This document shows positions 45,402 to 58,004 of a stretch of DNA of 64,000 nt, one piece after another (the stretch's first letter is position 1; every line of letters begins with the position of its first letter). The position numbers and the translations under genes are program-made. Origin of the DNA: Microbacterium sp. (GTDB lineage Bacteria; Actinomycetota; Actinomycetes; Actinomycetales; Microbacteriaceae); assembly GCA_035630115.1 (NCBI GenBank), contig DASQLG010000109.1, forward strand, positions 27,600 through 91,599. Reading direction: 5' to 3'. The notes beneath the pieces are model-generated. The model ran no database searches. It had not been told where the DNA came from and worked only from the letters and a program-made list of their open reading frames with translations.

Positions 45402-47108
45402 ATGCCTCCCGCGAGGGCGGTCGCGGCATCCCGCCCACGTCTGACGGCATGGCGCGACTGGCGCTCGTGGCCGGACAGCCTCGCGAACCTGTGGCGGCGC
45501 TCACTGCGGTTCCGCACGATCCTGGTGACGCTCGCACTCACCGCTCTCGCGATCCTGGTGGCCTGCATCTGGATGGCCTTGGCCGTGCAGAACAACCTGT
45601 TCCAGGATCGCAAGGATCAGGTGCTCGCCGACTCGCGGCGTGCGACGGATGCGGCGCAAGCCACGCTCGACGCGGCAGCCGTGCAGGGCGACAGCATACA
45701 GATCCAGAACCTCTGGCGAGGAGTGCAGGACACGCTCGCCGAGCAGTCCGCGAGCGACATGATCGCCGCCTTCCGCATCGACCGGTCACCCTCGCAGCTC
45801 GCGCCGCAGAACTTCAACACCCTCGGCCTGACCGAGGAGGTCATCTCCGTCGGCATGCGCGAAGCGGTGCAGTCCGACCCCGAGCAGCAGTGGTGGCAAT
45901 CCGTCGCGCTCGACCGCGCGGACGTCCAGGTGCCGGGCATCATCGTGGGGCAGCAGCTCCAGGTGCCGGACTTCGGAGGATACGAGCTCTACCTGGCGTA
46001 CGACCTGGGCAGCGCGTCCCAGACGCTCGGTTTCGTGCAGGCGACACTCTGGATCGTCGGCATCTCGCTCGTCCTCCTCATCGGCGCCATCTCGTGGTTC
46101 GTCCTGAGGTCGGTCACGATCCCGATCGGTGAGGCCGCCGACACGAGCGCCAAACTGGCCTCCGGCGAACTCGGCGTGCGTCTGCCCGTGCGGGGCGAGG
46201 ACGAGCTCGCGACGCTCGGCCGCTCGTTCAACGCGATGGCCGACAGCATCGAGTCGCAGATCAAGGAGCTGGCCGACCTGTCGCTGGTGCAGCAGCGGTT
46301 CGTCTCCGACGTCTCGCACGAGCTGCGGACGCCGCTGACGACCATCCGCCTGGCAGCCGACATGATCAACGATCAGCGGGCCGACTTCGACCCGGCCACG
46401 GCGCGGGCGGCGGAGCTGCTGAACGCGCAGGTCCAGCGCTTCGAGACCCTGCTGACCGACCTGCTGGAGATCAGCCGCTACGACGCCGGATCGGTGCAGC
46501 TCGAGCTGGAGCCGACGAGTCTCGCCCACCTCGCCGAAGACGTGATCGGATCGATGCACCAGCTCGCCGAGCAGCACGGGACCGACATCCGCTTCGTCGC
46601 GCCCGGGGGATACTCGCCGGTCGAGATGGATCCGCGACGCGTGCGCCGGGTCGTGCGCAATCTGCTCGGCAACGCGATCGAGCACGGTGAGGGGCGGCCG
46701 ATCGTCATCACGGTCGACAGCGACCAGCAGGCCGTCGCGATCGGCGTGCGGGATTTCGGACTCGGGATGAAGCCGGAAGACGTCGAGCGCGTCTTCGACC
46801 GCTTCTGGCGCGCCGACCCGTCGCGCACACGCACGATCGGGGGAACCGGCCTCGGGCTGTCCATCGCCCTCGGTGATGCACGCCTGCACGGCGGCGAGCT
46901 CGCCGTGTGGTCCGATCCCGGGCGCGGCTCGAACTTCGTGCTCACCCTCCCGCGCCAGGGCGGGCGCCTCACGACCCCCTCGCCCATCCCCGCCGATCCG
47001 GGCGAGGATTCGATCGCGGGGGTGGACGACCTCGGGCTCACGCAGCCGATCGAAGTGCTGACGCTGGACTCGTCGACGGATGCCGCGACGAGCAGGGGTG
47101 CATCGTGA
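45402..47108 (+). CDS. mtrB: Sensor histidine kinase MtrB
   Basis: Two TMs, HAMP, RFVSDVSHELRTPLT, NAIEH, FWRADPSR.RT.GGTGLGLSI. Confidence 0.96.
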   Translation: MPPARAVAASRPRLTAWRDWRSWPDSLANLWRRSLRFRTILVTLALTALAILVACIWMALAVQNNLFQDRKDQVLADSRRATDAAQATLDAAAVQGDSIQIQNLWRGVQDTLAEQSASDMIAAFRIDRSPSQLAPQNFNTLGLTEEVISVGMREAVQSDPEQQWWQSVALDRADVQVPGIIVGQQLQVPDFGGYELYLAYDLGSASQTLGFVQATLWIVGISLVLLIGAISWFVLRSVTIPIGEAADTSAKLASGELGVRLPVRGEDELATLGRSFNAMADSIESQIKELADLSLVQQRFVSDVSHELRTPLTTIRLAADMINDQRADFDPATARAAELLNAQVQRFETLLTDLLEISRYDAGSVQLELEPTSLAHLAEDVIGSMHQLAEQHGTDIRFVAPGGYSPVEMDPRRVRRVVRNLLGNAIEHGEGRPIVITVDSDQQAVAIGVRDFGLGMKPEDVERVFDRFWRADPSRTRTIGGTGLGLSIALGDARLHGGELAVWSDPGRGSNFVLTLPRQGGRLTTPSPIPADPGEDSIAGVDDLGLTQPIEVLTLDSSTDAATSRGAS

Positions 47109-48787
47109 ACCCTCGGCGCAGCATCCTGTCGGCCCTCCTCGTGGTTGCGGCGCTCGTCCTCTCCGCGTGCGCCGGCCTCCCGGTGAGCGGGTCGGTCAAC
47201 CCGGGCATGGCGGCGGGGGAGGATGCCGGCTCGCCGGAGTTCCTTTTCCGTCCCGACGAGCCGCAGCCCGGCGCGACGCCCGAGCAGATCGTCGACGGGT
47301 TCATCCGCGCCGGCTCCGGCCCCGGTCCGGCGGCGAACTGGGAGGTCGCGCGGATGTTCCTCGCCCCTTCCATCAGGGAGTCGTGGAGGCCCGAGGCGAG
47401 CGTCACGATCGATCTGCCGGATGACCGTCAGCCCGTATCTCCGAGCGTGGGCGCGGTCGATCTGTCGCTGGTCGCGGTCGCCACCGTCGATGAGAACGGG
47501 GCGTATCAGCCCGATGCCGGGGTGACGCAGCTGTCGTTCCAGCTCGCCCAGCAGGACGACGGCGAGTGGCGGATCACGGAGGCGCCGGACGGGGTGGTGA
47601 TCGATCGCGATGTCTTCGCGAATGTGTTCCACCGCTATTCGCTCATGTACTTCGACCCCTCATGGCAGTTCCTCGTGCCCGATGTCAGGTGGTTCCCGAC
47701 GACGAACGCCGCAACGCGCATCGCCGATGCCCTCGTCGACGGAACGCCGAGCCGGTGGCTCGGCGAGTCGGTGCTGAACGCCTTTCCCGAGAGCGTGTCG
47801 CTGGCGCGCCCGTCCGTGCCGCTCGAATCGGGTATCGCGCAGGTGACCCTGAGTGCGGAGGCGCTCCTGGTCGAATCCACCACGCTCGACCGCATGCAGA
47901 CCCAGTTGACTGCGAGCCTGGCCACGGCGGGAGTCTCCGGCGCGGAGATGTCCGTCGCCTCCACTCCGCTGCCCGCGGAGCCGGTCTCGACCCGGTCCAC
48001 ACGCGTGACGGGGCCGCCGCTCGTGCTCAACGAGGACGGCTTCGGATTCCTTGCGGGCGATGAGCTGACGCCGATTCCGGGCCTTTCGGAGACGATGGAA
48101 CTCGTCGCTCCCGCGGCGATCCAGATGGCTCCCGATCGCGACTTCGCCGCGGTGCGGCTCGTCAGCGGGGGTGCGGCACGGGTGCCGGCGGAGGGCGACA
48201 TCGCGGTCGTCGACTCCCGCGGCGGTCTGATCGACCCCAGCGCCGATCCGTTCGGGTACATCTGGAGCGTCCCCCGCGACCAGCCGACGGCGATCGAGGT
48301 GTTCTCGGCATCCGGTGAGCGCTTGGCGGTTTCGGACGCGTGGCCGGGCGCGACGCAGATCATCGCGATGGCCGTCTCGCGCGACGGGGCGAGACTGGCC
48401 GGACTGCTGGTCACCGGCGGCCGGTCCGAGGTCTGGATCGCCGGCATCGTGCGTGGCGCAGACAACGTGCCGTTGCGGATCGGGGAGGCCGTCCCGCTGG
48501 GCGCGCTCACCGGTTCCGGGGCCGGACTCGCGTGGATCGACGACACCACGGTGGGCGTACTGAGTGGCACCGCCGAAGGTCCCCTCTTCACGGAACAGCT
48601 CGTGGGCGGCCCCGCGACGACGACGGATGCGCCTCAGGGCGCGGCGTCCGTCGCCGGCGCGACCTCGATATCGACGGTCCGGCTGCGCACCGATGACGGA
48701 TCGCTGTACGTCAAGCGCGGCGCGAACTGGCAGCGCACCACGAGCGGCATCGCGATCCTCGCCACGCAGCAGGGATCGCCCCAGTAA
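47105..48787 (+). CDS. lpqB: Lipoprotein LpqB (GerMN plus beta-propeller)
   Basis: Lipobox LSAC, PQPGATPEQIVDGFI, LVPDVRWF, SRDGARLA; GTGA overlap with mtrB. Confidence 0.93.
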   Translation: MNPRRSILSALLVVAALVLSACAGLPVSGSVNPGMAAGEDAGSPEFLFRPDEPQPGATPEQIVDGFIRAGSGPGPAANWEVARMFLAPSIRESWRPEASVTIDLPDDRQPVSPSVGAVDLSLVAVATVDENGAYQPDAGVTQLSFQLAQQDDGEWRITEAPDGVVIDRDVFANVFHRYSLMYFDPSWQFLVPDVRWFPTTNAATRIADALVDGTPSRWLGESVLNAFPESVSLARPSVPLESGIAQVTLSAEALLVESTTLDRMQTQLTASLATAGVSGAEMSVASTPLPAEPVSTRSTRVTGPPLVLNEDGFGFLAGDELTPIPGLSETMELVAPAAIQMAPDRDFAAVRLVSGGAARVPAEGDIAVVDSRGGLIDPSADPFGYIWSVPRDQPTAIEVFSASGERLAVSDAWPGATQIIAMAVSRDGARLAGLLVTGGRSEVWIAGIVRGADNVPLRIGEAVPLGALTGSGAGLAWIDDTTVGVLSGTAEGPLFTEQLVGGPATTTDAPQGAASVAGATSISTVRLRTDDGSLYVKRGANWQRTTSGIAILATQQGSPQ

Positions 48788-48877
48788 TCCCTCCTCCCCA
48801 GGCGGCACCGCGGGGGGAGCGTCCACCGACTCGTCCGCCGCGGGGCACGGTGCGGGCGCACCGAGCCACCGTGGGGG

Positions 48878-49546
48878 ATGAGCAGCGCGGACGGGGTCTT
48901 CTCGGTGCTGGGCGGCGCACTCGCCGAAGCCCTCGCGCTGGTGATCCCGGTCGCGTGCGCGGGCTGCGACGAGCCCGACGTCGCACTGTGCGAGGCCTGC
49001 GGCATCCTAGTGCGTCCGCGGGTGACGCGCAGCCCGGCCGGCGCTCCGGTCTGGAGCGGACTGGCCTTCGAGGGCGTTCCCGCGCGCGTCGTGCGCGCGC
49101 TCAAGGAGGACGGCCGCACGGGCCTGGCCCGAGACCTCGCGCCCGCGCTGCGGGCAGCCGTGGATGCGGCGGTGGCGGCTTCGCCCCGATCGGACGATCG
49201 CGTCGTGATGGTGCCGATCCCGACCTCTCGGGCGGCCTACCGGCGCCGCGGGTATCGTGTGGCCGAACTGGTCGCCAGGCGCGCGGGGCTGCGCGTCACG
49301 CGGCTGCTCGAGACCGCCCGCACGACCGCCGACCAGCGCGGCCTCGACCGCGCCGCGCGCCGCCTCAACGTCGCAGGATCTCTGCGCGCTCGCGGTGCCG
49401 AGGGCGCGAGAGTGGTGGTGATCGATGACGTGGTCACGACCGGAGCGACTCTCGAGGAAGCCGTTCGCGCGCTCCGCGCGGGCGGCGCAGAGGTCATCGG
49501 CGCGGCGACGATCGCCGCCACCGCCCGCCGCGGGGCACCGAGGTGA
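48878..49546 (+). CDS. comF: ComF-family phosphoribosyltransferase-like protein
   Basis: CAGC..LCEAC zinc ribbon, RRRGY, DQRGL, VVIDDVVTTGAT. Confidence 0.9.
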   Translation: MSSADGVFSVLGGALAEALALVIPVACAGCDEPDVALCEACGILVRPRVTRSPAGAPVWSGLAFEGVPARVVRALKEDGRTGLARDLAPALRAAVDAAVAASPRSDDRVVMVPIPTSRAAYRRRGYRVAELVARRAGLRVTRLLETARTTADQRGLDRAARRLNVAGSLRARGAEGARVVVIDDVVTTGATLEEAVRALRAGGAEVIGAATIAATARRGAPR

Positions 49547-49564
49547 ATCATTGCGAACTCACAC

Positions 49565-49604
49565 GTGACTATTGCGTGACACCGGGACACCACCGGACTA
49601 GCGT
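49565..49604 (+). promoter_or_regulatory. hpf upstream region with a GTGAC-N6-GTGAC direct repeat and -10 TAGCGT
   Basis: GTGAC at 49565-49569 and 49576-49580; TAGCGT at 49599-49604. Confidence 0.45.
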
Positions 49605-49666
49605 GGGCATGACAAGGCGACTCAGGGTCCGCCCTTGACCGGTGGACCGGAACAAGGAGGTCAGGG

Positions 49667-50323
49667 ATGGAAACCAGCATCGTCGGCGTGGGAGTGGGTA
49701 TCACAGATCGCTTCCGCTCGGTCGTCGAAGACAAGGCCGCCCGCATAGAGCACCTTGCGCCACGCGCTCAGCGAGTGGACATCAAAGTGACCCACCGCGC
49801 CTATCACAACGGCCGGATGGAGGACGACACGGTCGAGCTCACGCTCACCGGCAAGGGTCCCCTCGTCCGCGCCGAGGCGACGGATGCCGACAAGTTCGCC
49901 GCCCTCGATCTGGCGGTCGACAAGCTGTGCGAGCAGCTCCGGCGCGCGAAGGACAAGCGCGTCGATGCCCGCAACCACCCCCGCGGTGCGAAGTTCGTGA
50001 AGGGCAGCGGCGAGCTGTCCGGAATCGACGTGCAGCCGGCGTCCGTCGATGTCATGCGCGCGGTCGCCACCGGGGAGATCCCGATCATCACGGGCAACGA
50101 GGACGAGGCCGACTACACGCCGGTCGTCATCCGCACGAAGGAGTTCGAACCTGAGTGGATGGCGGTGGAGGAGGCCGTCGACCGGATGGAACTGGTCGGG
50201 CATGACTTCTTCCTGTTCATCGACGTCCGCACCGATCACCCGAGCGTCGTCTATCGACGCAAGGGCTGGGACTACGGCGTCATCTCGCTGACGACGCAGA
50301 CCGCGCCGGTGGCGGTCGCGTAG
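49667..50323 (+). CDS. hpf: Ribosome hibernation promoting factor (long HPF)
   Basis: VELTL.GKGP.VRAE, AALDLA.DKL, C-terminal EEAVDRMELVGHDFFLF..SVVYRRKGWDYG; AAGGAGG RBS. Confidence 0.95.
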   Translation: METSIVGVGVGITDRFRSVVEDKAARIEHLAPRAQRVDIKVTHRAYHNGRMEDDTVELTLTGKGPLVRAEATDADKFAALDLAVDKLCEQLRRAKDKRVDARNHPRGAKFVKGSGELSGIDVQPASVDVMRAVATGEIPIITGNEDEADYTPVVIRTKEFEPEWMAVEEAVDRMELVGHDFFLFIDVRTDHPSVVYRRKGWDYGVISLTTQTAPVAVA

Positions 50324-50335
50324 ACCCACCGCACG

Positions 50336-50378
50336 CAAGACGAGCGGGATGCCTCGCCGAGGCATCCCGTTCGTCTTG
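50336..50378. terminator. Bidirectional terminator hairpin between convergent genes
   Basis: CAAGACGAGCGGGATGCCTC-gcc-GAGGCATCCCGTTCGTCTTG, 20-bp stem with one G-U pair. Confidence 0.85.
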
Positions 50379-50392
50379 GCCTGCGCACAACC

Positions 50393-51715
50393 TCAGCCGT
50401 CGAAGAAGTCGCCGAGGAGGCTGCCGATCACCAATCCGCCGAGGATGCCGCCCATGCCGTCGCTCATGCCGCCACGGCGCCCGCCTCCGTACTGCGGGCC
50501 ACCCCAGCCAGGGTCCTGCGGGCGGGAGGAGTCGATGTCACGCTGCGCGAGCTGGAGCGCCTCGCTCGCGAGAGCGCCGGCACGACGGGCGAGCCCCATC
50601 GCGTTCTCCCGGGTGTCTTCGTCGGCGGCGAGCGGCTCGGCATCTGTGCGGGTCCGCTCGGCCTCGGCCAGGCGGGTGCGCGCGTCGGCGCCGATCCAGC
50701 CGCGGTGGCCCGCGATGACGTTGCGGGCGACGGCGATCTGCCGGTCGGCGTCGTCGAGCGCGTGACGAACGTGTGCGACGGAGGGGATCGGGCGGGCGGC
50801 GCGCTCCCGCGCGACGGCGATCGCGGCATCCAGCCCCGTGTTGGCCTCGCGCAGCTGCGACAGCTCGGCGAACGGATCGGCCTTCACGCGGGCGGCGGGG
50901 AGGGCGGCGAGGGCCGCCTCGAGCGCCGCGACGGCGGCGGTGACCGCAGGAACCTGCGGCGCCTGCCGCGCGGCGACCAGATCGCCGCGCGAGTCGGCGA
51001 TGACGTCGGCGAGCGTCGATTCGGCGCGAAGGGCCTCGATCTCGAAGTCCTCGACGCCGTCGACGATCGCTGCCGCTCGCCGGACCGCTTCGGTCGCCGT
51101 CTCGAGGGCGAGGTTCGCCTCTTCGCGTCGGCCGGCGTCGCGTCGACGAGCCGAGACATCCGCGCTGTGCGCGGCGAAGATCAGCAGCTGCTCGGCTTCG
51201 TCAGCCCCCTCGGAGACCTGACGCAGCGCGGACTCGCTGTAACGCAGCGCGAGCCGTTCGAGCGTGGAACGAGCGTGGGGGAGTCGCTCGTCGAGTGTCA
51301 GGATGTCGGCCCGGACCTGCGCGAGGATCTCCGGAGCGCGGCGCACGCGTTCGATGTCCTTCGCCAGGGCGCTGGTGCGGTCATCCAGCAGGTCGTCGGC
51401 CCATTCGCACAGCTGCGCGATCCGCGCGTTGCGCGTGCGCAGCTCGTCGGGGGTGTCCGGGATCTCGTCGTGATTGAGCTGGTTGAGGTGGAACGCCTCG
51501 CCCAGGTGCGTGCGCACCGCGGCCAGCGCGTCGCGCAGCTCCTTCGTCGCTCCCTCTCCGAGCTCGGCGATCGCGAAGTCCAGTTCATCCGTCGTCGTGC
51601 GGATGCGCTCGTCCACGGCGACGAGCGCCGTTCTCGCTCGTCGAGCGAGCTCGGCATCCTGCGCATCGAGCGCCGCCTGCTCCTCGCGTTTACGTCTGCC
51701 CCACAATCCAGCCAT
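50393..51715 (-). CDS. Conserved coiled-coil protein with a Gly-rich hydrophobic C-terminal tail
   Basis: Ala/Glu/Arg-rich helical sequence, IGADARTRLAEA, tail GGILGGLVIGSLLGDFFD; TAGGAT 6 nt before the ATG. Confidence 0.75.
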   Translation of the reverse strand: MAGLWGRRKREEQAALDAQDAELARRARTALVAVDERIRTTTDELDFAIAELGEGATKELRDALAAVRTHLGEAFHLNQLNHDEIPDTPDELRTRNARIAQLCEWADDLLDDRTSALAKDIERVRRAPEILAQVRADILTLDERLPHARSTLERLALRYSESALRQVSEGADEAEQLLIFAAHSADVSARRRDAGRREEANLALETATEAVRRAAAIVDGVEDFEIEALRAESTLADVIADSRGDLVAARQAPQVPAVTAAVAALEAALAALPAARVKADPFAELSQLREANTGLDAAIAVARERAARPIPSVAHVRHALDDADRQIAVARNVIAGHRGWIGADARTRLAEAERTRTDAEPLAADEDTRENAMGLARRAGALASEALQLAQRDIDSSRPQDPGWGGPQYGGGRRGGMSDGMGGILGGLVIGSLLGDFFDG

Positions 51716-51791
51716 GAGTCGATCCTAGGTTCGCCGGGCGGAGGTGACTCCCGGGGTTCGCCGCGGGCGCAGAAGACCCCACGGGCACCAG

Positions 51792-51853
51792 GTCGACTTG
51801 CCCTGCATGTCGCGCGACACGTCGTGGCGCACCTGCGTATGCGGCAAGTCGAC
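51792..51853. repeat. REP-doublet-like inverted repeat, copy B
   Basis: Perfect 11-bp termini GTCGACTTGCC ... GGCAAGTCGAC, 20 nt downstream of the deaD stop. Confidence 0.65.
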
Positions 51854-51873
51854 GGGAGGAAGCGGAGGCGGTG

Positions 51874-53643
51874 TCAGCCCGTGTGGCGAGGCTTGCGGGG
51901 CGGGCGGTCGTCGCCGCCGGAGCGGCGGGGGCCGCCGGTGTCGGGCCGCAGCTCGATGAGCTTGCCTGAGATGCGCGTGCCGGCGAGTCGGTCGAGCGTC
52001 TCGCGGGACAGGTCTGCGGGCAGCTCGACCAGCGAGAAGTCGGGGCGGATCTGGATCGCTCCGAAGTCGCCGCGACTGAGACCGCCCTCGTTCGCGAGGG
52101 CGCCGACGATCTGCCGCGGTTCGACGCGGTGGCGCTTGCCGACGGCGATCCGGTAGGTAGCCATCCGGCCGCCGGTCGGCCGCTGCCGGCGCTCTGGCCG
52201 ATCGCCGGCGTCACGGTCGAAACGTCCCGGCCGGTCTCCCCGGTCGGCGCGGTCGTCGAAGCCGCGGCGCTGCTGCTCGGGCTCCGGCTCGAGAAGCAGC
52301 GGTGACTCGCCCTGGGCGACCACCGCGAGGGCGGCGGCGACGTCCACCTCGGGCACGTCGTGGTTGCGCACGTAGTGGGCGATCACGTCACGGAAGCCGT
52401 CGATGCGCTCGGTCTGCGAGAGGGCTGCGGTGATGCGGTCGTCGAAGCGTGCGAGACGGGTGACGTTGACGTCGTCGGCCGTGGGCAGCTGCATCTGGGT
52501 GAGCGGCTGGCGCGTGGCTCGCTCGATCGCGTTGACGAGCCCGCGCTCCCGCGGCGTGACGAAGCTGATCGCGTCACCCGAGCGTCCCGCGCGCCCCGTG
52601 CGGCCGATCCGGTGCACGTACGACTCGGTGTCCGTCGAGATGTCGAAGTTGACGACGTGGGAGATGCGATCCACATCGAGGCCGCGAGCGGCGACATCGG
52701 TGGCGACGAGGATGTCGAGCTTGCCAGACTTGAGCTGGCCTACGGTCTTCTCGCGCACGGGCTGGGCGACGTCGCCGTTGATCGCGGCGGCGGAATACCC
52801 CCGCGCCCGCAGTTTCTCGGCGATCTCCTCGGTCGCACTCTTGGTGCGCGCGAAGACGATCATGCCCTCGAAGTTCTCGGTCTCCAGAATGCGCGTGAGG
52901 GCGTCGATCTTCTGCTGGTACGACACGATCAGGTAGCGCTGGGTGGTCGTCGCAGAGGTCGTGGTCTTGGTCTTGACCGTGATCTCCTCGGGATCGTGCA
53001 GGTACTGCTGCGACATGCGGCGGATCGCGGCGGGCATCGTGGCCGAGAAGAGGGCGACCTGCTTTGTCGAGGGGGTGTCGGCGAGGATCGTCTCGACGTC
53101 TTCGGCGAAGCCCATCTTCAACATCTCGTCGGCTTCGTCCAGCACCAGGTACTTGAGCTCAGACAGGTCGAGCGTGCCCTTGTCGAGGTGATCCATGATG
53201 CGCCCGGGAGTTCCGACGATGATGTGCACGCCCCTCCGTAGGGCCGAGAGCTGCACACCGTAGCCCTGACCGCCGTATACGGGCAGCACATGGACGCCCC
53301 TCACATGGGCGGCATACTTCTCGAACGCCTCGCACACCTGCAGCGCCAGCTCTCGAGTGGGGGCGAGCACGAGGGCCTGCGGCGTCTTCTGCGACACATC
53401 GAGGCGGTCCAGGATCGGGAGCGCGAACGCGGCAGTCTTGCCGGTGCCGGTCTGGGCGAGACCCACGACATCGCGCCCGGCCAGCAGGGTGGGAATGGTC
53501 GCGGCCTGGATCGCGGACGGGGTCTCGTACCCGACGTCGCTGAGCGCCTTGAGCACCGCGGCGCCCAATCCCAGGTCGGCGAACGTCATCGCGGGGGGCT
53601 CGGCGGGAGCCTCGGCCTCGACGGGGGCATCAGCGGAAGTCAC
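51874..53643 (-). CDS. deaD: DEAD-box RNA helicase (DeaD/CsdA type with DbpA-like RNA-binding domain)
   Basis: AQTGTGKT, PTRELA, TPGR, DEAD, SAT, ARGLD, HRIGRTGR, C-terminal IVGALANEG. Confidence 0.95.
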   Translation of the reverse strand: MTSADAPVEAEAPAEPPAMTFADLGLGAAVLKALSDVGYETPSAIQAATIPTLLAGRDVVGLAQTGTGKTAAFALPILDRLDVSQKTPQALVLAPTRELALQVCEAFEKYAAHVRGVHVLPVYGGQGYGVQLSALRRGVHIIVGTPGRIMDHLDKGTLDLSELKYLVLDEADEMLKMGFAEDVETILADTPSTKQVALFSATMPAAIRRMSQQYLHDPEEITVKTKTTTSATTTQRYLIVSYQQKIDALTRILETENFEGMIVFARTKSATEEIAEKLRARGYSAAAINGDVAQPVREKTVGQLKSGKLDILVATDVAARGLDVDRISHVVNFDISTDTESYVHRIGRTGRAGRSGDAISFVTPRERGLVNAIERATRQPLTQMQLPTADDVNVTRLARFDDRITAALSQTERIDGFRDVIAHYVRNHDVPEVDVAAALAVVAQGESPLLLEPEPEQQRRGFDDRADRGDRPGRFDRDAGDRPERRQRPTGGRMATYRIAVGKRHRVEPRQIVGALANEGGLSRGDFGAIQIRPDFSLVELPADLSRETLDRLAGTRISGKLIELRPDTGGPRRSGGDDRPPRKPRHTG

Positions 53644-53677
53644 GCTTCAGGTTAGTGCGCCGGGCTGAAAGGAGACA

Positions 53678-53700
53678 GGATGCGCGGGGGCGCGGCATCC
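53678..53700 (-). terminator. Hairpin just downstream of padR
   Basis: GGATGCGCG-gggg-CGC(g)GCATCC. Confidence 0.45.
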
Positions 53701-53706
53701 GCTCGC

Positions 53707-54306
53707 TCAGCCCGCCGTGGGGGACTCCTTCACCGGACGACCGCGCTTGGGCCGCTCGGTGGCCAACTCGAGGGCGATCGCGTGCTCCGGATGCTGCGCC
53801 AGACGCCGCTCGGTGCGGTCGAGCCACCGCAGCTCGGCCTCTGCCTGGGCGAGCATCGCATCCGCGGCGATCGCGCGCGCGAGCTGCTCGGGCCCCTCGA
53901 TCGGCAATCCATCGGCGGCCAGGGCGAGCGCGTCCCGCTGTGCCCGCGACGCGTGCCGCTGAGCGCGGATGAGCGCATCCACGTCGACGCCCGGGAGGGT
54001 CGCCGAGACGGCGATCTTGATCGCGAGCTCGTCGCGCGTGCGCTGCGGGCGCTCGACGGGGGACGTGAGCCACGCGGACACCTCGAGGGAGCCGGCATCC
54101 GTGATCTCGTAGAAGACGTGGCCCTGCTCGTCGGTGGATCCCTTCACGACGAACCCATCGCGTTCCAGGCGGTCCAACGTGTTGTAGATCTGGCCCACGT
54201 TCAGGGGAGAGGTCGACCCGGTCCGGCGCTCGAATTCGGCGCGGAGCTGATAGCCGTAGCACGGTCCCTGATCGAGGATCGCCAGCAGGCTGTGTCGTAC
54301 CGACAT
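53707..54306 (-). CDS. PadR-family transcriptional regulator
   Basis: [50 protein letters not shown]. Confidence 0.93.
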   Translation of the reverse strand: MSVRHSLLAILDQGPCYGYQLRAEFERRTGSTSPLNVGQIYNTLDRLERDGFVVKGSTDEQGHVFYEITDAGSLEVSAWLTSPVERPQRTRDELAIKIAVSATLPGVDVDALIRAQRHASRAQRDALALAADGLPIEGPEQLARAIAADAMLAQAEAELRWLDRTERRLAQHPEHAIALELATERPKRGRPVKESPTAG

Positions 54307-54322
54307 GTCATCGCCCTTCGTC

Positions 54323-54360
54323 TGCATACCGCGTATGCATTTGCCGAGTTTATGCATACC
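54323..54360. promoter_or_regulatory. Palindromic operator upstream of padR
   Basis: TGCATAC-CGC-GTATGCA at 54323-54339 plus TATGCATACC at 54351-54360. Confidence 0.7.
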
Positions 54361-54533
54361 CGAAAATCCGCGGGGGATGCTGCGACCCGCGTGTCGGCGC
54401 ACGCCGTGCGCGCCGCGCTACCCAGCGCACTCCAAGGTCACAGGCGGATAACATGGCAAGGTATGCCTGCGCGCTCGGCGCCGGGCGGCACCGGCGCCAA
54501 TTGGCGCCGCACCCAGACAGATGGAGATGCTTC

Positions 54534-57341
<2,808 letters not shown>

Positions 57342-57345
57342 CGCC

Positions 57346-57804
57346 CTACCGCGTACCCCAGTCGTACGACTGCTTCCGAAGCCCCAGGTAGACGAACGTC
57401 TCCGATGAGATGACCCCGGGCAGCGACCTGATCCGGCTGTTGAGGAGTTCGACGAGGTCGTCGTCGGACTCGCAGACGACTTCGGCCAGGATGTCGAAGC
57501 TGCCCGCGGTGAGCACGAGGTAGTCGACGGCGGAGATCTTCTCGAGCTCCGCCGCGACGAGCCGCGAGTCGCCGGCGACCCTGAGCCCGATCATCGCCTG
57601 ACGGTGGAAGCCGAGCTGCATCGGATCGGTCACGGCGACCACCTGCATCGCGCCGCTGTCGGTGAGCCGCTGCACGCGTTGGCGCACGGCCGCTTCGCTC
57701 AGGCCGACGGCGCGGCCGATCTCGGCGTACGAGCGACGACCGTCTTCCTGCAGCTGTTCGATGATCCGCTTCGAGAGGGCATCGATGACACCGGGCTGGG
57801 GCAT
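57346..57804 (-). CDS. Lrp/AsnC family regulator
   Basis: IIEQLQEDGRRSYAEIGRAVGLSEAAVRQRVQRL, AGSFD, YDWGTR. Confidence 0.93.
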   Translation of the reverse strand: MPQPGVIDALSKRIIEQLQEDGRRSYAEIGRAVGLSEAAVRQRVQRLTDSGAMQVVAVTDPMQLGFHRQAMIGLRVAGDSRLVAAELEKISAVDYLVLTAGSFDILAEVVCESDDDLVELLNSRIRSLPGVISSETFVYLGLRKQSYDWGTR

Positions 57805-57839
57805 CCTCAGATGATGACACCGGCGGCGCCGTAGGCCAA

Positions 57840-57925
57840 ACGAAACACGACGGAAACCGCAGATTCTGACGTTTGGCGACACCGAATCTTGTGAATTTCT
57901 TGTTTCAATGTGCGGAATCCGTAGT
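57840..57925. promoter_or_regulatory. Divergent promoter region with repeated CGGAWWCCG-like sites
   Basis: ACGGAAACCGCA (about 57850-57861), CAGATTCTG, TGCGGAATCCGTA (57911-57923) in an AT-richer stretch. Confidence 0.5.
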
Positions 57926-58004
57926 CAGTCGCGGTGTCGATCTGGCAGGATCGGGACACCCGTTGTCGCGCGAGCGATGTCCCGCATCACTTGAGGAGTG
58001 CTCC

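Noticed and set aside
48878-49546. comF as proof of natural competence supporting the uptake-sequence idea
   Set aside because: ComF homologs are near-universal and sit between lpqB and hpf in most actinobacteria; not diagnostic.
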